The notes under the pieces: generated by a model
Told to the model about the DNA's origin: nothing
Seen by the model: the letters and a program-made list of their open reading frames with translations, nothing else
Databases searched by the model: none
Source: an uncultured delta proteobacterium
GTDB lineage: Bacteria > Desulfobacterota > Binatia > UBA9968
NCBI GenBank assembly: GCA_963745835.1
Contig: CAVUZH010000020.1
Span: forward strand, 96,001 to 160,000
DNA: 64,000 bases
Reading direction: 5' to 3'
Translations under genes and position numbers: made by a program
Shown: positions 9,942 through 19,872 of the stretch, one piece after another
Numbering within the stretch: position 1 is the stretch's first letter
How the letters are laid out: every line of letters starts with the position of its first letter

Positions 9942-10256
9942 TCTTCATTCCTCGCCACCAGGCGCAATTTCGGCCGATGCCCGGTGAAGCCCAATTCTTC
10001 GTCGAGCATCGGTTAGTGAGCGACGCCCTTGCGACGATTTCCTCGGCTTTGTCGACCAGTCTTGATTCACCGTTCACGGCCGCAGATGGGCTCGGGAAGA
10101 CCGCGCAGCTTCTTTGGCGCGGTTGGAACCACGCTGCTCGTTTAGGGAGTTAGACGCAACATAGCGAGGTTACTGACGATTTCACTAGACGCAGCGGATA
10201 ACGCTTGTCAGTTGATTGAGTCAGAGGTAAGAACCCTAAGGAGGCAAGTAGATTTG

Positions 10257-11303
10257 ATGATAATACTTGGTGTTTTGCTGTTAGCTTTTTCGCTATGGCC
10301 CGCGCACCTGCAGGCACAGGCCCGCAAAGCGGCGACGATCTCGGAGCTGGTGACTTACAACGGCGCGGATCGTGAACAGGTTCTGTACGCCGGCGCTAAA
10401 AACGAAGGCAAGCTAACTTGGTATACCTCACTGGCGGGTGACTCTTATAAAGCGATGGTCAAAGCATTCGAAACCAAGTACCCCGGCGTGAAAATCGAAG
10501 CCTATCGAGTCTCGGGCTCAGACATCACTACAAGAATGTTCGAAGAATCCAAGGCGAAAAGATATATAGCCGACACGGTGGAAACCACCGAAGGCAACCT
10601 GATGTTCATGCGCGATGCTTTTCTCCTGCGTCCCTATCATTCCCCCCATTTTTCCTCCTATCCGGAGGAAGCCAAAGAGAAAGGCGAGAGGGGCCTGTAT
10701 TTTTGGGCGATCGCGCGTGAATCCTATATCGGCTTTGCTTACAACAAGAATCTGCTCTCCAAGGGCGCAGTGCCAAAAAATTTCGAAGGGCTGCTTCATC
10801 CCGAGCTCAAGGGGCGCATGGGTGTATCGCTCAGCGATCCAATCTACAAAGTGATCGGCGCCATGTTGAAGACCAAGGGCCCGGAGTTTGTCAAGAAACT
10901 CAAGGTCCAGGAGATCGCGCTTCATACAATCATTCCGCCCGCTTTGCTCGACCTGATCGCCTCGGGTGAAGTGCTGGCCTCGCCCGGAATCTTTCGTAAT
11001 CACGTACTGGTTGCCGTCGACAAAGGTGCGCCGGTGGAGTGGTTGCCATTGGATCTCGTGCCGACCAATGTGGGCGGCGCCGCAATTGCCGCGCAACCGC
11101 CGCATCCTCATGCCGCGCTATTAATGGCGGATTACCTCCTGGGACCCGAAGGACAAGCGCTTCTGGCAAATTACCAGTATGGCAGCGCCACCAAGGATCT
11201 CGGTTTCAAACGCTGGCGACCGGACCATGGAATCAGCACCGATAAGTACGAAAAGGACCTGGAACGTTGGGAGAAACTACTCAAAGAAATCAGCCGCAGG
11301 TGA
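10257..11303 (+). CDS. ABC transporter substrate-binding protein (Fe3+/thiamine-like cluster)
   Basis: Signal peptide, AKNEGKLTWYTS, FETKYPGVKI, YNKNLL...P..F..LL.P, PHPHAALL..DYLL. Confidence 0.85.
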   Translation: MIILGVLLLAFSLWPAHLQAQARKAATISELVTYNGADREQVLYAGAKNEGKLTWYTSLAGDSYKAMVKAFETKYPGVKIEAYRVSGSDITTRMFEESKAKRYIADTVETTEGNLMFMRDAFLLRPYHSPHFSSYPEEAKEKGERGLYFWAIARESYIGFAYNKNLLSKGAVPKNFEGLLHPELKGRMGVSLSDPIYKVIGAMLKTKGPEFVKKLKVQEIALHTIIPPALLDLIASGEVLASPGIFRNHVLVAVDKGAPVEWLPLDLVPTNVGGAAIAAQPPHPHAALLMADYLLGPEGQALLANYQYGSATKDLGFKRWRPDHGISTDKYEKDLERWEKLLKEISRR

Positions 11304-11420
11304 TGCAGCGAATCGACACAGCTTTCTACGAGACGCAAGGAGTTGCCTTTTGACCAAGTTGTTTCTTCTCAACCATTGTCATAGGAACAAGAAAATTCTA
11401 AAGCCTAAGAGGGCCTGCCT

Positions 11421-13115
11421 ATGTATGCCATGATGATGCGCAATCCAGCCCAGTGGTTGTTTCTTTTAACCAGTGTGACCTTGGCCTACCTGGTGCTGCC
11501 GCCGTTCTTTTTCATTCTGCACACCAGCCTGGTGACGGACCGCGGTCTGCAAGCCGGTAGTTTCACCATCCAACATTTTGCCAACATCATCGAATCCTTA
11601 GGGGACGTCAAAACTCTCTTGAGCAATTCCATGATCTTCTCGATCGGCAGCGCCGGAATCGCTTTGGTTTATGGAACATTATTGGCTTGGCTGGCGGAGC
11701 GCAGCAATGCGCCGTTTCGCAAACTCGCCTACGTTTCCGCTTACGTATCGTTCGCTATTCCGGGCATCATCAAAGTGGTCGGCTGGATCATGCTCCTGGG
11801 CCCCAAGGCGGGAATTCTCAATGCTCCGGCAGTTGCTTGGACCGGCCAACCCTTTTTCAACATATTCTCCATGAGTGGAATGATCCTGGTGGAAAGCTTT
11901 CTGTGGATTCCGATCGTATTCCTGCTCATGTCGACGCCGTTTCGTTCTATGGATCCGTCGCTGGAAGAAGCCGCAACCACCGCGGGTAGCAGCGGCTGGC
12001 AAGTTTTCCGCCGGGTGACTTTTCCGCTGGCCTTGCCCAGCGTGTTGGCAGTTTTGATACTGACTTTCATCCGCTCGCTCGAAGCTTTCGAGATCCCGGC
12101 GCTGATCGGCATCCCCGCCGGGGTCGAAGTGCTCACCACCAAAATCTATTTGCAAATAAAAGGCGGGCTAATTCCCAAGTATGGCGAAGCTAGTGCCTAT
12201 TCCATCATTCTGATCATTCTAGTCGGCCTGGGACTGATCCCGTACTATCGCATCACCAGCAAGACCTATAAATTCACCACTATCAGCGGCAAAAACTTTC
12301 GCCCCAACCGGATCGAACTCGGCAAGTGGCGCTGGTTCGGCGGCTTCTTGATGCTCGCGTTACCCTTGCTCCAGTTCGTGCCCATCGCGGCCATCGCATG
12401 GTCCTCGTTCCTACCGTTCGCTCAAGTGCCGTCGCGCAAAGCCCTGTCGATGTTGACCTTCAACAATTACGCCACCGCGTTCGCCGACAGCAGCATCATT
12501 CGCTCCGTGCTGAACAGCTTGACCGTGAGCATCAGCTCGGCAACGGTTGCCGTACTCATTACCTTCTTTGCCGCCTGGTTGATCGTTCGAGCATCGATCA
12601 AATCGCGTTGGCTGCTCGATCAAATGGCGATGCTGCCTCTGGTTTTTCCGGGCATTGTCATGGGCATAGCGATTCTTAAGATGTATCTGATTCTGCCGGT
12701 GCCGGTTTATGGCACGATCTGGATCCTGGTGCTGGCATTCATCGCGCGCTATCTACCCTATGGTATTCGCTTCAGCCATTCGGCGCTTTTAAGCCTGCAT
12801 AAAGAACTCGAGGAGGGCGCCACCACCAGCGGCGCCAGCTGGTTCCAGATGGTCCGTCATGTGGTCGTGCCGCTGATTATGCCCGCGCTGCTCGCCGGTT
12901 GGATTTATATCTTTCTAATTACCTTTAAGGAATTATCCATTGCTCTTTTGCTCTACTCGCCGGGATCGCAAGTGGTCGCGGTCACGATCTGGGAGCTATG
13001 GGACAACGGCCATGTCGGCGAGTTGGCGGCCTTCAGCCTGATCATCACCATCGGCACTGTGATCGTCGGTTCGATCTTTCTCAACATCGCGCATCGCTAT
13101 GGGCTACAGGATTAA
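11421..13115 (+). CDS. ABC transporter permease, duplicated TMD (FbpB-like)
   Basis: Two EAA loops (DPSLEEAATTAGS; HKELEEGATTSGA), multiple TM helices. Confidence 0.9.
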   Translation: MYAMMMRNPAQWLFLLTSVTLAYLVLPPFFFILHTSLVTDRGLQAGSFTIQHFANIIESLGDVKTLLSNSMIFSIGSAGIALVYGTLLAWLAERSNAPFRKLAYVSAYVSFAIPGIIKVVGWIMLLGPKAGILNAPAVAWTGQPFFNIFSMSGMILVESFLWIPIVFLLMSTPFRSMDPSLEEAATTAGSSGWQVFRRVTFPLALPSVLAVLILTFIRSLEAFEIPALIGIPAGVEVLTTKIYLQIKGGLIPKYGEASAYSIILIILVGLGLIPYYRITSKTYKFTTISGKNFRPNRIELGKWRWFGGFLMLALPLLQFVPIAAIAWSSFLPFAQVPSRKALSMLTFNNYATAFADSSIIRSVLNSLTVSISSATVAVLITFFAAWLIVRASIKSRWLLDQMAMLPLVFPGIVMGIAILKMYLILPVPVYGTIWILVLAFIARYLPYGIRFSHSALLSLHKELEEGATTSGASWFQMVRHVVVPLIMPALLAGWIYIFLITFKELSIALLLYSPGSQVVAVTIWELWDNGHVGELAAFSLIITIGTVIVGSIFLNIAHRYGLQD

Positions 13116-13126
13116 AAGATAGGGCG

Positions 13127-13212
13127 GTTCAAGAGTTCAATAGTTCAACGGTTCAATGTCAGAGAGTTCAAGCTGCCTTAAAGCTCGTCCCAACGTTTTG
13201 AACGGCTTGAAC
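13127..13212. repeat. GTTCAA/TTGAAC short-period inverted array
   Basis: GTTCAA at 13127, 13135, 13143, 13151, 13166; TTGAAC at 13198, 13207. Confidence 0.75.
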
Positions 13213-13237
13213 AGCCGTTATTTTTGGAGGTTAATTC

Positions 13238-14245
13238 GTGGAATTTACTGTCATCGACGCGGATGCGCATCACCTCGATGGGCCCGCTTATAAGAACTAT
13301 TTGCCGGAACGTTTTCGCAAAAGAAGCGGGCCGTACTTTCCTGCGTTCGGCTGGGACATCTTTCTGAACGACACGACTGGCAGGAAGCCGGCCACCCCTC
13401 AGGAGTACTGCAAGGATCTTGACGTCGAAAACATCGGCGATGCCGTAGCCTATCCTAGTAACGCGCTTTCCATCGGCCTGGTACGCGAGCTCGATCTCGT
13501 CGTTGAGCTGGCCAAGGCATACAACAACTGGGCTTGCGACTTCTGCAAGAGCAGCGGCAATCGAGTTAAATACGCCGCGGTGATCGCGCCGCAAGTGGTG
13601 CCTGAAGCGGTGAAGGAGATCCGCCGCAGCATCCAAGAACTCGGCGCGGTGGCCGTGATGGTGCCGACTTATGTGCAGTCCGGCATGGACCTGGGCCAAC
13701 CGGAATTCGATCCTATCTATGCGGAAGCTCAGGAGCTCGGCGTGCCGATCGGATTTCACGCCACCGCGCAGGTCTCGCAAGGCAACTGGCGCTTTCACAA
13801 ATATCTTGGCGTGCACATGACGTCCCATCCATTCGAGCAGATGCTGACCATCGTGGCGATTATTTCCAATGGCGTGCTCGACCGCTTTCCGAAACTGAAA
13901 GTCGCCTTCCTCGAAGCCGGGGTCGGCTGGCTGCCCTACTGGATGGAGCGCTTCGATGAAAAATATCTCAGACGCAAATCCGAGATGGAGCCACTGAAGA
14001 TGCTGCCCAGCGAATATGTAAAGAGTAATCGGTGCTACTTCACCTGCGAAGGCGAGGAGTCGGCGTTGCCGTTGGTGATCGAGCAATTCGGCGATCAGTG
14101 CATGATGTATGCCTCGGACTACCCGCACTGGGACATGGAATGGCCGCACAGCGTCAGCCAGGTGGTGCGGCGTAAAGACATCTCGGACCAAACCAAACAA
14201 AGAATTCTTGCCGACAACGCTAAGAATTTCTACCGTTTCGCATGA
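13238..14245 (+). CDS. Amidohydrolase_2 family protein
   Basis: IDADAH, AYNNW, PIGFH, GVLDRFPKLKVAFLEAGVGWLP, ASDYPHWD. Confidence 0.9.
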   Translation: MEFTVIDADAHHLDGPAYKNYLPERFRKRSGPYFPAFGWDIFLNDTTGRKPATPQEYCKDLDVENIGDAVAYPSNALSIGLVRELDLVVELAKAYNNWACDFCKSSGNRVKYAAVIAPQVVPEAVKEIRRSIQELGAVAVMVPTYVQSGMDLGQPEFDPIYAEAQELGVPIGFHATAQVSQGNWRFHKYLGVHMTSHPFEQMLTIVAIISNGVLDRFPKLKVAFLEAGVGWLPYWMERFDEKYLRRKSEMEPLKMLPSEYVKSNRCYFTCEGEESALPLVIEQFGDQCMMYASDYPHWDMEWPHSVSQVVRRKDISDQTKQRILADNAKNFYRFA

Positions 14246-14298
14246 CCAGCTCGAGTCATCTACAGTGGACCAGCCAAAGTTGTGATCCCTGTAACCGC

Positions 14299-14342
14299 TT
14301 GAATCCGCTGACGTCGAACCTTGAACTTTTGAACCGTTGAAC
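14299..14342. repeat. TTGAAC 8-bp-period array
   Basis: TTGAAC at 14321, 14329, 14337 plus degenerate copies at 14299 and 14314. Confidence 0.7.
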
Positions 14343-14356
14343 CATAGGAGAAGAAC

Positions 14357-15169
14357 ATGTCCGACAACAAACTGATTATCGCCGACATCAACGAATCCGA
14401 TGGCATCGCCTGGTTGACGCTTAACCGGCCGGAGAAAAAGAACGCTCTTAGCCTTGTGCTACTGAGCGAACTGGCCGGCATTCTTCGCTCTCTCGCCGAC
14501 AACGACAAGATACGCTGCATCGTCACCAGCGGCGCCGGTGGTACGTACTCTTCGGGTCGCGATCTTTACGATATGAGAGGCCAGGAAAACCGTCGCCGTA
14601 CCCGCGGCATCGGTGGCGTCGCGGAAATTGTCGACATCATGCGCAAGTTGCCTCAAGTGACGATTGCGAAAGTGAGCGGCTGGTGTCTCGGCGGCGGTCT
14701 GGCGATGATCAACGGCCACGATATCGTTATCGCCACCGACACCGCCATGTTCGGTATGCCGGAAGTCATCCGCGGCAGCTATGGCGCCACTGCCACCCCA
14801 ACATTATTTCACGCTGGCATTCCATTTAAGAAAGCCTTTTTCATTTCTCTCACCGGGCGAAATCTAAGCGGAGTCGAAGCCGAACGGGTTGGCTTGATAT
14901 CTCAGGTCGTGCCGGAGAAAGAACTCGAAGGATATGTCGAGACTCTCGCAAAGGAAATCGGTAGCCGCAATGGCGCAACTTTAGAAAACGCCAAGATCGC
15001 CGCTTACATGCAAAAAGATCTTTCTTTTGAAATGGCTTTGAAAGCGGATGATTTGGTGTCACACCGCATGCGCTACTACACCAATCCATTGAGCGATGTC
15101 GAAGGCTATCTGCATTCGCAAAAAGGCGGCGGTACCGTGAAATACGTCAAGCCGGAAGAACGAAAATAA
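14357..15169 (+). CDS. Enoyl-CoA hydratase/isomerase (crotonase) family protein
   Basis: WLTLNRPEKKNAL, SGRDL, IAKVSGWCLGGG, FGMPEV, AERVGLISQVVP. Confidence 0.9.
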   Translation: MSDNKLIIADINESDGIAWLTLNRPEKKNALSLVLLSELAGILRSLADNDKIRCIVTSGAGGTYSSGRDLYDMRGQENRRRTRGIGGVAEIVDIMRKLPQVTIAKVSGWCLGGGLAMINGHDIVIATDTAMFGMPEVIRGSYGATATPTLFHAGIPFKKAFFISLTGRNLSGVEAERVGLISQVVPEKELEGYVETLAKEIGSRNGATLENAKIAAYMQKDLSFEMALKADDLVSHRMRYYTNPLSDVEGYLHSQKGGGTVKYVKPEERK

Positions 15170-15261
15170 GTCGCGGAGATTTCAACTCGTCGCTCAGCTC
15201 ACCTGATGTTAGCCGGCGTGGACGTCTTATGTTTAGACGTCAGAAACGTCACAAGTATCAT

Positions 15262-15735
15262 TCATGGATACTCCAAGCCGCTAACCGTTTTTAGCGTGAG
15301 CGGCGCGGCTTTGCGCGTCCGGCTGTACGCTTTGGTTGGGCCGTAAGTTTCTCCCCACAATTCTCGCGGAGAAAGAATCGCCATCTTCTCAGCTTGCCGT
15401 GTACCAAGGATTTCCTTATCACCTGTTACAAACACATCGGCCTTAGCAGATATCGCGGCGGACAGGATAGGCAAATCGGATTCATCTTTGATTTCGACCG
15501 TGGGAACCGCGCCGGGCTTGGCAAGTACTATGTCTTGGCTGAGTAGCGAGATGAAGTCAGCGATTAAGTCCTGAGGGATGCCGAACTTGCTGCGAAAGAC
15601 ACGCTCGAGTTCGTTCAGCACTTGTGCAGAAGTCAGTAGCTCGTGTGAAGTGAGAACCTCACGCAGGACGTCTGCGCATAATCCGCGAGTTGCCGCTGCG
15701 CTGGCCAAGACATTGGTATCGAGGAAAACCCTCAC
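15262..15735 (-). CDS. PIN-domain putative toxin
   Basis: MRVFLDTNVL, L.EL.RV...KF, D..D.PILSAAI..KADVFVTGDKEIL, ILSPRE; start overlaps the antitoxin stop (GTGA). Confidence 0.88.
   Translation of the reverse strand: MRVFLDTNVLASAAATRGLCADVLREVLTSHELLTSAQVLNELERVFRSKFGIPQDLIADFISLLSQDIVLAKPGAVPTVEIKDESDLPILSAAISAKADVFVTGDKEILGTRQAEKMAILSPRELWGETYGPTKAYSRTRKAAPLTLKTVSGLEYP
15279..15341 (-). mobile_element. Integron attC-like recombination site (63 bp)
   Basis: Minus strand GCCCAAC-CAAAG-CGTACAGC-CGGACGCGCAAAGCCGCGCC-GCTCACG-CTAAAAACG-GTTAGCG: R'' box RYYYAAC, paired L boxes with extrahelical bases, terminal GTT; right spacer longer than usual. Confidence 0.6.
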
Positions 15736-15953
15736 GAGACATCTGCGAACACATCTTCGTCCGTGTGGTAGCCGCGCGCCTCCGCAAAAGGCATAATCTT
15801 GCGGCGCAAAGCTTCAAACTGGCTGATACGAAGCTGGCGGCGCAGCGCCTCCCGGGCGACTTCGCTCCGGTTCTTTCCTGAACGACGGCTCGCCTTCGTC
15901 AGTAGTTCGTTGAGATCTTTGTCGAGTCTGATGGTGAGGGTGCTTGTCTTCAT
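15732..15953 (-). CDS. CopG/ribbon-helix-helix antitoxin
   Basis: MKTSTLTIRLDKDLNELL...SGKNRSEVAREALRRQL; 73 aa, directly upstream of PIN. Confidence 0.85.
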   Translation of the reverse strand: MKTSTLTIRLDKDLNELLTKASRRSGKNRSEVAREALRRQLRISQFEALRRKIMPFAEARGYHTDEDVFADVS

Positions 15954-15960
15954 GTCCAAC

Positions 15961-15989
15961 AATGTAAGACACGTAGGTTCCACCGTCAA
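15961..15989 (-). promoter_or_regulatory. Sigma70 promoter of the TA operon, probably leaderless
   Basis: TTGACG-17 nt-TACATT, 7 nt before ATG 15953, no SD. Confidence 0.65.
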
Positions 15990-16548
15990 ATCTGAGCTTT
16001 CGGGCCAACGTACCAGGCCGAAGGGACGAGACAGCGAGCGAAGCGACCGGGGTTCGAGGATACGTTTCGAGCCGCTTGTCGAACCGAGACACAAAGTTAC
16101 TAACAATCAACAATGCCCGGCGCATCCGTTACACATTCGCCGACCGATTTTACTCCTGGAAAGGTACGAATTTTGGGGCACCCGCTCACGGCGCAACTCT
16201 GATGCGCTCCAGAAACTCTCGTAGTGATTCAAGATCACTGACCGATTCAGTAGCGATCTGTTCTGCTCCAAGGAACCGAAGTCGATACATAGTCGATCAA
16301 CGGACGAAGACGCTCGAAGTCTGTGATCATACTAAAATCAATAACGTATTCGGCTGCCGATGCCATGCGGACCATCAGCATCCACGAAACACAAACAACA
16401 GAAGTTTCTTCATGAGCAAGTGTTCTCATTAGCGTCGGCTACATACGTAGCGTCATTGACCGACTGGCGCGCTAAACTGGACGCCTTACCCAAGGAGTGA
16501 TAAGCCTGCGGCTTGTGGGAGACCCGATTACCAGGAGGTCGCGGCCCT

Positions 16549-17559
16549 ATGATGGATAGTCGCTTGAAGATTCTTGTTGCTGCCAGCTTGGCTTTACTCA
16601 TTGCGTTTGGCTTGACCTTCAGTTCAGCTATCGCCGCCGATCGCCTGCGCATCGGCTTGAGCTCGTTTACTCCAATCAACGCTGCGGTGTGGATCGCCGA
16701 GGACAAAGGTCTATTCAAGAAGTACGGCATTGACCCGGAGGTGATTGTGGTTGGCGGGGCTTCCGCCGGCGGGGTCAGCTCATTACTCGCCGGCGACATT
16801 CAATTTCTGACCGGTGGCGGTGGCGCTGTGATCAATGCCGCGCTCAGTGGAGCCGATGTCGTGATGGTGGCATCGATCGTTAATAAAGGCGTCCAGAGAG
16901 TGATGGCTCGAGCTGACCTCAAGCGCCCTGAAGATCTCAAGGGCAAACGGATCGGCGTCACCCGCTTAGGCGCATCGTCACATATGGTCCTGCTGCTGAT
17001 GCTGCGCGCCTGGAAGATGAATCCCACTGATGTGCAAGCCATTCAGGTTGGCTCCTCGCCGGCGATGATGGCGGCTCTGGAGAAGGGCGGCATCGATGCT
17101 GCTGTTCTGACAGAGCCGACGTTTTTTATCGCCGAAGACCTTGGCTATCGAGTGCTCGCCGACCTGGCCGATATGGATATCTATTACCTGCACAGCATGA
17201 TCGACACGACCCGCTCCTACTTGCGTTCACACCGGGATCTCGCCACTCGCTTCATCAAAGCGTATGTCGAGGGGATTGCCTACTTCAAGAAGAATCGGGC
17301 CGAATCGGTGGAGGTCATGAAGAAAAAACTTCGCACTGCGCCGGCACAGACAAAATATCTGGAGCGGTCGCACACACTTTATGCTTCCGGGTACTTCGAG
17401 AATGCGCCGTACCCCTCGCTTAAAGGCGCCAGTAGCGTGCTCGAATTTCTATCCAGGGACAATCCGCGCGCCCGAACCGCCGATCCGAAATCAGTCATCG
17501 ACGCCAGCATCGTCAAGGAACTGGACGATACCGGATTTATCAAGAAGCTCTACGAATAG
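16549..17559 (+). CDS. NitT/TauT (NMT1/SsuA-like) ABC substrate-binding protein
   Basis: WIAEDKGLFKKYGID, DLKGKRIGVTRLG, ALEKGGIDAA; AGGAGG RBS. Confidence 0.87.
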   Translation: MMDSRLKILVAASLALLIAFGLTFSSAIAADRLRIGLSSFTPINAAVWIAEDKGLFKKYGIDPEVIVVGGASAGGVSSLLAGDIQFLTGGGGAVINAALSGADVVMVASIVNKGVQRVMARADLKRPEDLKGKRIGVTRLGASSHMVLLLMLRAWKMNPTDVQAIQVGSSPAMMAALEKGGIDAAVLTEPTFFIAEDLGYRVLADLADMDIYYLHSMIDTTRSYLRSHRDLATRFIKAYVEGIAYFKKNRAESVEVMKKKLRTAPAQTKYLERSHTLYASGYFENAPYPSLKGASSVLEFLSRDNPRARTADPKSVIDASIVKELDDTGFIKKLYE

Positions 17560-17568
17560 GAGGTCGAA

Positions 17569-18216
17569 ATGGCACTGTCTCTCGAAGAGCGCGCCGATCC
17601 AAGTCACGGCATGCTGATTGTCGTCGATATGCAGAATGACTTCTGTCATCGGCAAGGCGCCGCCTGCAAACGGGGCCGCGACATGGATTTCGTACAAAAA
17701 ATGATTCCCAGGCTGATTCGACTGTTGGAGCAAGCCCGCGAGCACAACTTCCCGATTTGTTTCGTGCGCACATCCGGCAATCAATGGACCAACTCACCGG
17801 TATGGACAGAATTTAAAAATCCCGAGTTGCTCGCCTGCGCCGACGGTAGCTGGGGGGCCGAATTTCACGCCGGTTTAGAACCGCGACGGGGTGAGATGAT
17901 CGTGACTAAACATCGATACAGCGCCTTTATCGGCACTGATCTGGACATGCTACTGCGCGCTCGCGGTGTCAAAAGTTTGTTGGTGACCGGAGTTGGCACC
18001 GGCATGTGCGTCTTTCATACTTTGACGGTTGGCTTCATGCTGGATTATTACATCACCCTGGTTGAAGACTGCGCCGCCACGACGTACGGACCCGCGGCGC
18101 ACAATGAGGCGGTCGCGCTGGTGCGGAAGCACTATGGGCGTGTCGCTTCATCCGACGAGATCATCGCGCATTGGAACGGTTCATCGCGAAGCCTCGAGAG
18201 CCGTCGGATAGGTTGA
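17569..18216 (+). CDS. Isochorismatase-like cysteine hydrolase (RutB-like)
   Basis: VVDMQNDF, KHRYSAF, GVGTGMCV (Asp-Lys-Cys triad). Confidence 0.88.
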   Translation: MALSLEERADPSHGMLIVVDMQNDFCHRQGAACKRGRDMDFVQKMIPRLIRLLEQAREHNFPICFVRTSGNQWTNSPVWTEFKNPELLACADGSWGAEFHAGLEPRRGEMIVTKHRYSAFIGTDLDMLLRARGVKSLLVTGVGTGMCVFHTLTVGFMLDYYITLVEDCAATTYGPAAHNEAVALVRKHYGRVASSDEIIAHWNGSSRSLESRRIG

Positions 18217-18320
18217 TCACAGTGTCTCTTCATGCCTTCTTTACGGGTGAAGACCCGCTGTGATAAATCAGCCGCGCACAAACCGCGCGGTGAGCTTTCA
18301 CGCAGCACACATAAAATCTC

Positions 18321-19358
18321 TTGCGTCAGCGCCTCTGCTTAAGTATAGCAAGCAGGGATCGTCCTATGTATCGATGTTGGCTTTTTCGGATCCTTGTCCT
18401 GATAGCATTCCATCAGCAACTCGCTTTGATCGCACCGGTCTCGGCGCAAGAACTGCGGCGCATGCGCGTCGCAGTCACTTCGCCGGGGATGACCAATCTA
18501 AGTCTGTATATCGCGGATCGGCGCGGCTTTTTCAAAGAACAACATATTTTCAACGAGATTATCGTCATGCGTTCGGCGGCGCGGCAGATTCAAGCTTTGG
18601 TCGCCGGTTCTATCGAACTGAGCGCGCAGGCTCCTGATCCGCTGATTCGCGCAGTCGAGCGCGGCGCTGATTTGACAATGCTGTCCGGCTTAGCCAATTC
18701 GGCAGCGTACGATCTGGTTGCCGATAAGAAATTTCTCTCGATCGAAGAGCTGCGCGGCACGACCTTGGGCGTATCCGGAATTAATTCATCGAGCACACTC
18801 CTGCTGCAGAAGATGCTCAGCGCACATAGCCTGAGTTATCCGCGCGACTACACACTCGTAGAAGTCGGCGGCACGAGCGATCGCCTGGCAGCCATTAAAA
18901 CAGGAGCAACGTCCGCAGGAGTACTGAACCCGCCGATTAGTTATGTGGCGGCCGAGCAGGGCTTTAAAATCCTGGGTGAGCTGAGAAACTATATCCCAGC
19001 CGTGCAGTTCACCGCACTGTCGGTTCGACGCGCGTGGGCTTATCAAAATCCGAAACTCACCGAGGACTACTTGGTTGCTCTGCTGCGCGCCAATCGTTAT
19101 GTGTACGAAAACCGCTCCGGAACGTTGGCGATTATCCGCGATTTTTTTAAAGTTCAGTCTGATCATGCAGAACGGGTTTATGAGTATTGGGTGCGTGATA
19201 AAGTGATTCCGCCGGATGGCGCAATGACTGTTCCTGGGACCGAAGTAGTGCTCGACATCCTCGAACAGTTAGGTGATTTCAAAGGCAAGACCAGGCCCAA
19301 AGCCGAGAAATACATCGATGCCGAGCTACTCAACCGAGCACGCAAGCGGATGCAGTAG
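18321..19358 (+). CDS. NitT/TauT ABC substrate-binding protein (start uncertain)
   Basis: YIADRRGFFKE, ELRGTTLGVSG, DRLAAIKTG; signal-like N-terminus. Confidence 0.83.
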   Translation: MRQRLCLSIASRDRPMYRCWLFRILVLIAFHQQLALIAPVSAQELRRMRVAVTSPGMTNLSLYIADRRGFFKEQHIFNEIIVMRSAARQIQALVAGSIELSAQAPDPLIRAVERGADLTMLSGLANSAAYDLVADKKFLSIEELRGTTLGVSGINSSSTLLLQKMLSAHSLSYPRDYTLVEVGGTSDRLAAIKTGATSAGVLNPPISYVAAEQGFKILGELRNYIPAVQFTALSVRRAWAYQNPKLTEDYLVALLRANRYVYENRSGTLAIIRDFFKVQSDHAERVYEYWVRDKVIPPDGAMTVPGTEVVLDILEQLGDFKGKTRPKAEKYIDAELLNRARKRMQ

Positions 19359-19367
19359 GAGGAAGAT

Positions 19368-19868
19368 ATGAAACGAGAAGTGGCGGCTGAAATCGTCGAT
19401 TCTCTAAAAGAAGCCGGCATCGATTTCGTCGCAACCTTAACCGAAGCAAATTTGCATGACCTGGTAATGGCTTTGGGCGAAGATACCGATATCCACCATG
19501 TGCCGGTCACTCGCGAGGAGGAAGGGATCGGTATCTGCGCCGGCGCTTATCTGGGCGGCAAAAACCCGGCGATGGTGATGATGAACGCCGGGTTCCTGTT
19601 GTCCGCCAATGCCTTGGCGACCGTCTGTATTCATCCGGGCATCCCGGTACTGATGCTGATCGGTCACAGCGGCGGGGTCGGCGAGGAAAACGCCGGTCAC
19701 GCGACTGTCGGTAGTTTGACCGAGCCAGTGTTACAAGCAATGCATATCGTCTACGAAAAAGTCGGCCGCTTTGGCGATATCCGTCCGACCATTCGCGATA
19801 GTCAGATACTGGCGCGCTCCTCACGGCGGCCCACGGCCATTGTGCTCAACAAACAAGCTCTGAGGTAG
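19368..19868 (+). CDS. TPP-dependent decarboxylase alpha subunit (sulfopyruvate decarboxylase ComD-like)
   Basis: LKEAGIDFV, VTREEEGIGICAGAYLGG. Confidence 0.82.
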   Translation: MKREVAAEIVDSLKEAGIDFVATLTEANLHDLVMALGEDTDIHHVPVTREEEGIGICAGAYLGGKNPAMVMMNAGFLLSANALATVCIHPGIPVLMLIGHSGGVGEENAGHATVGSLTEPVLQAMHIVYEKVGRFGDIRPTIRDSQILARSSRRPTAIVLNKQALR

Positions 19869-19872
19869 TCTG

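Noticed and set aside
10095-10158. Hairpin ACCGCGC..GCGCGGT followed by GTTAGAC, attC-like
   Set aside because: Only one R box and no convincing L-box pairing
16110-16430. Short ORFs next to the TA pair, possibly a decayed cassette gene
   Set aside because: No recognisable domain or consistent frame
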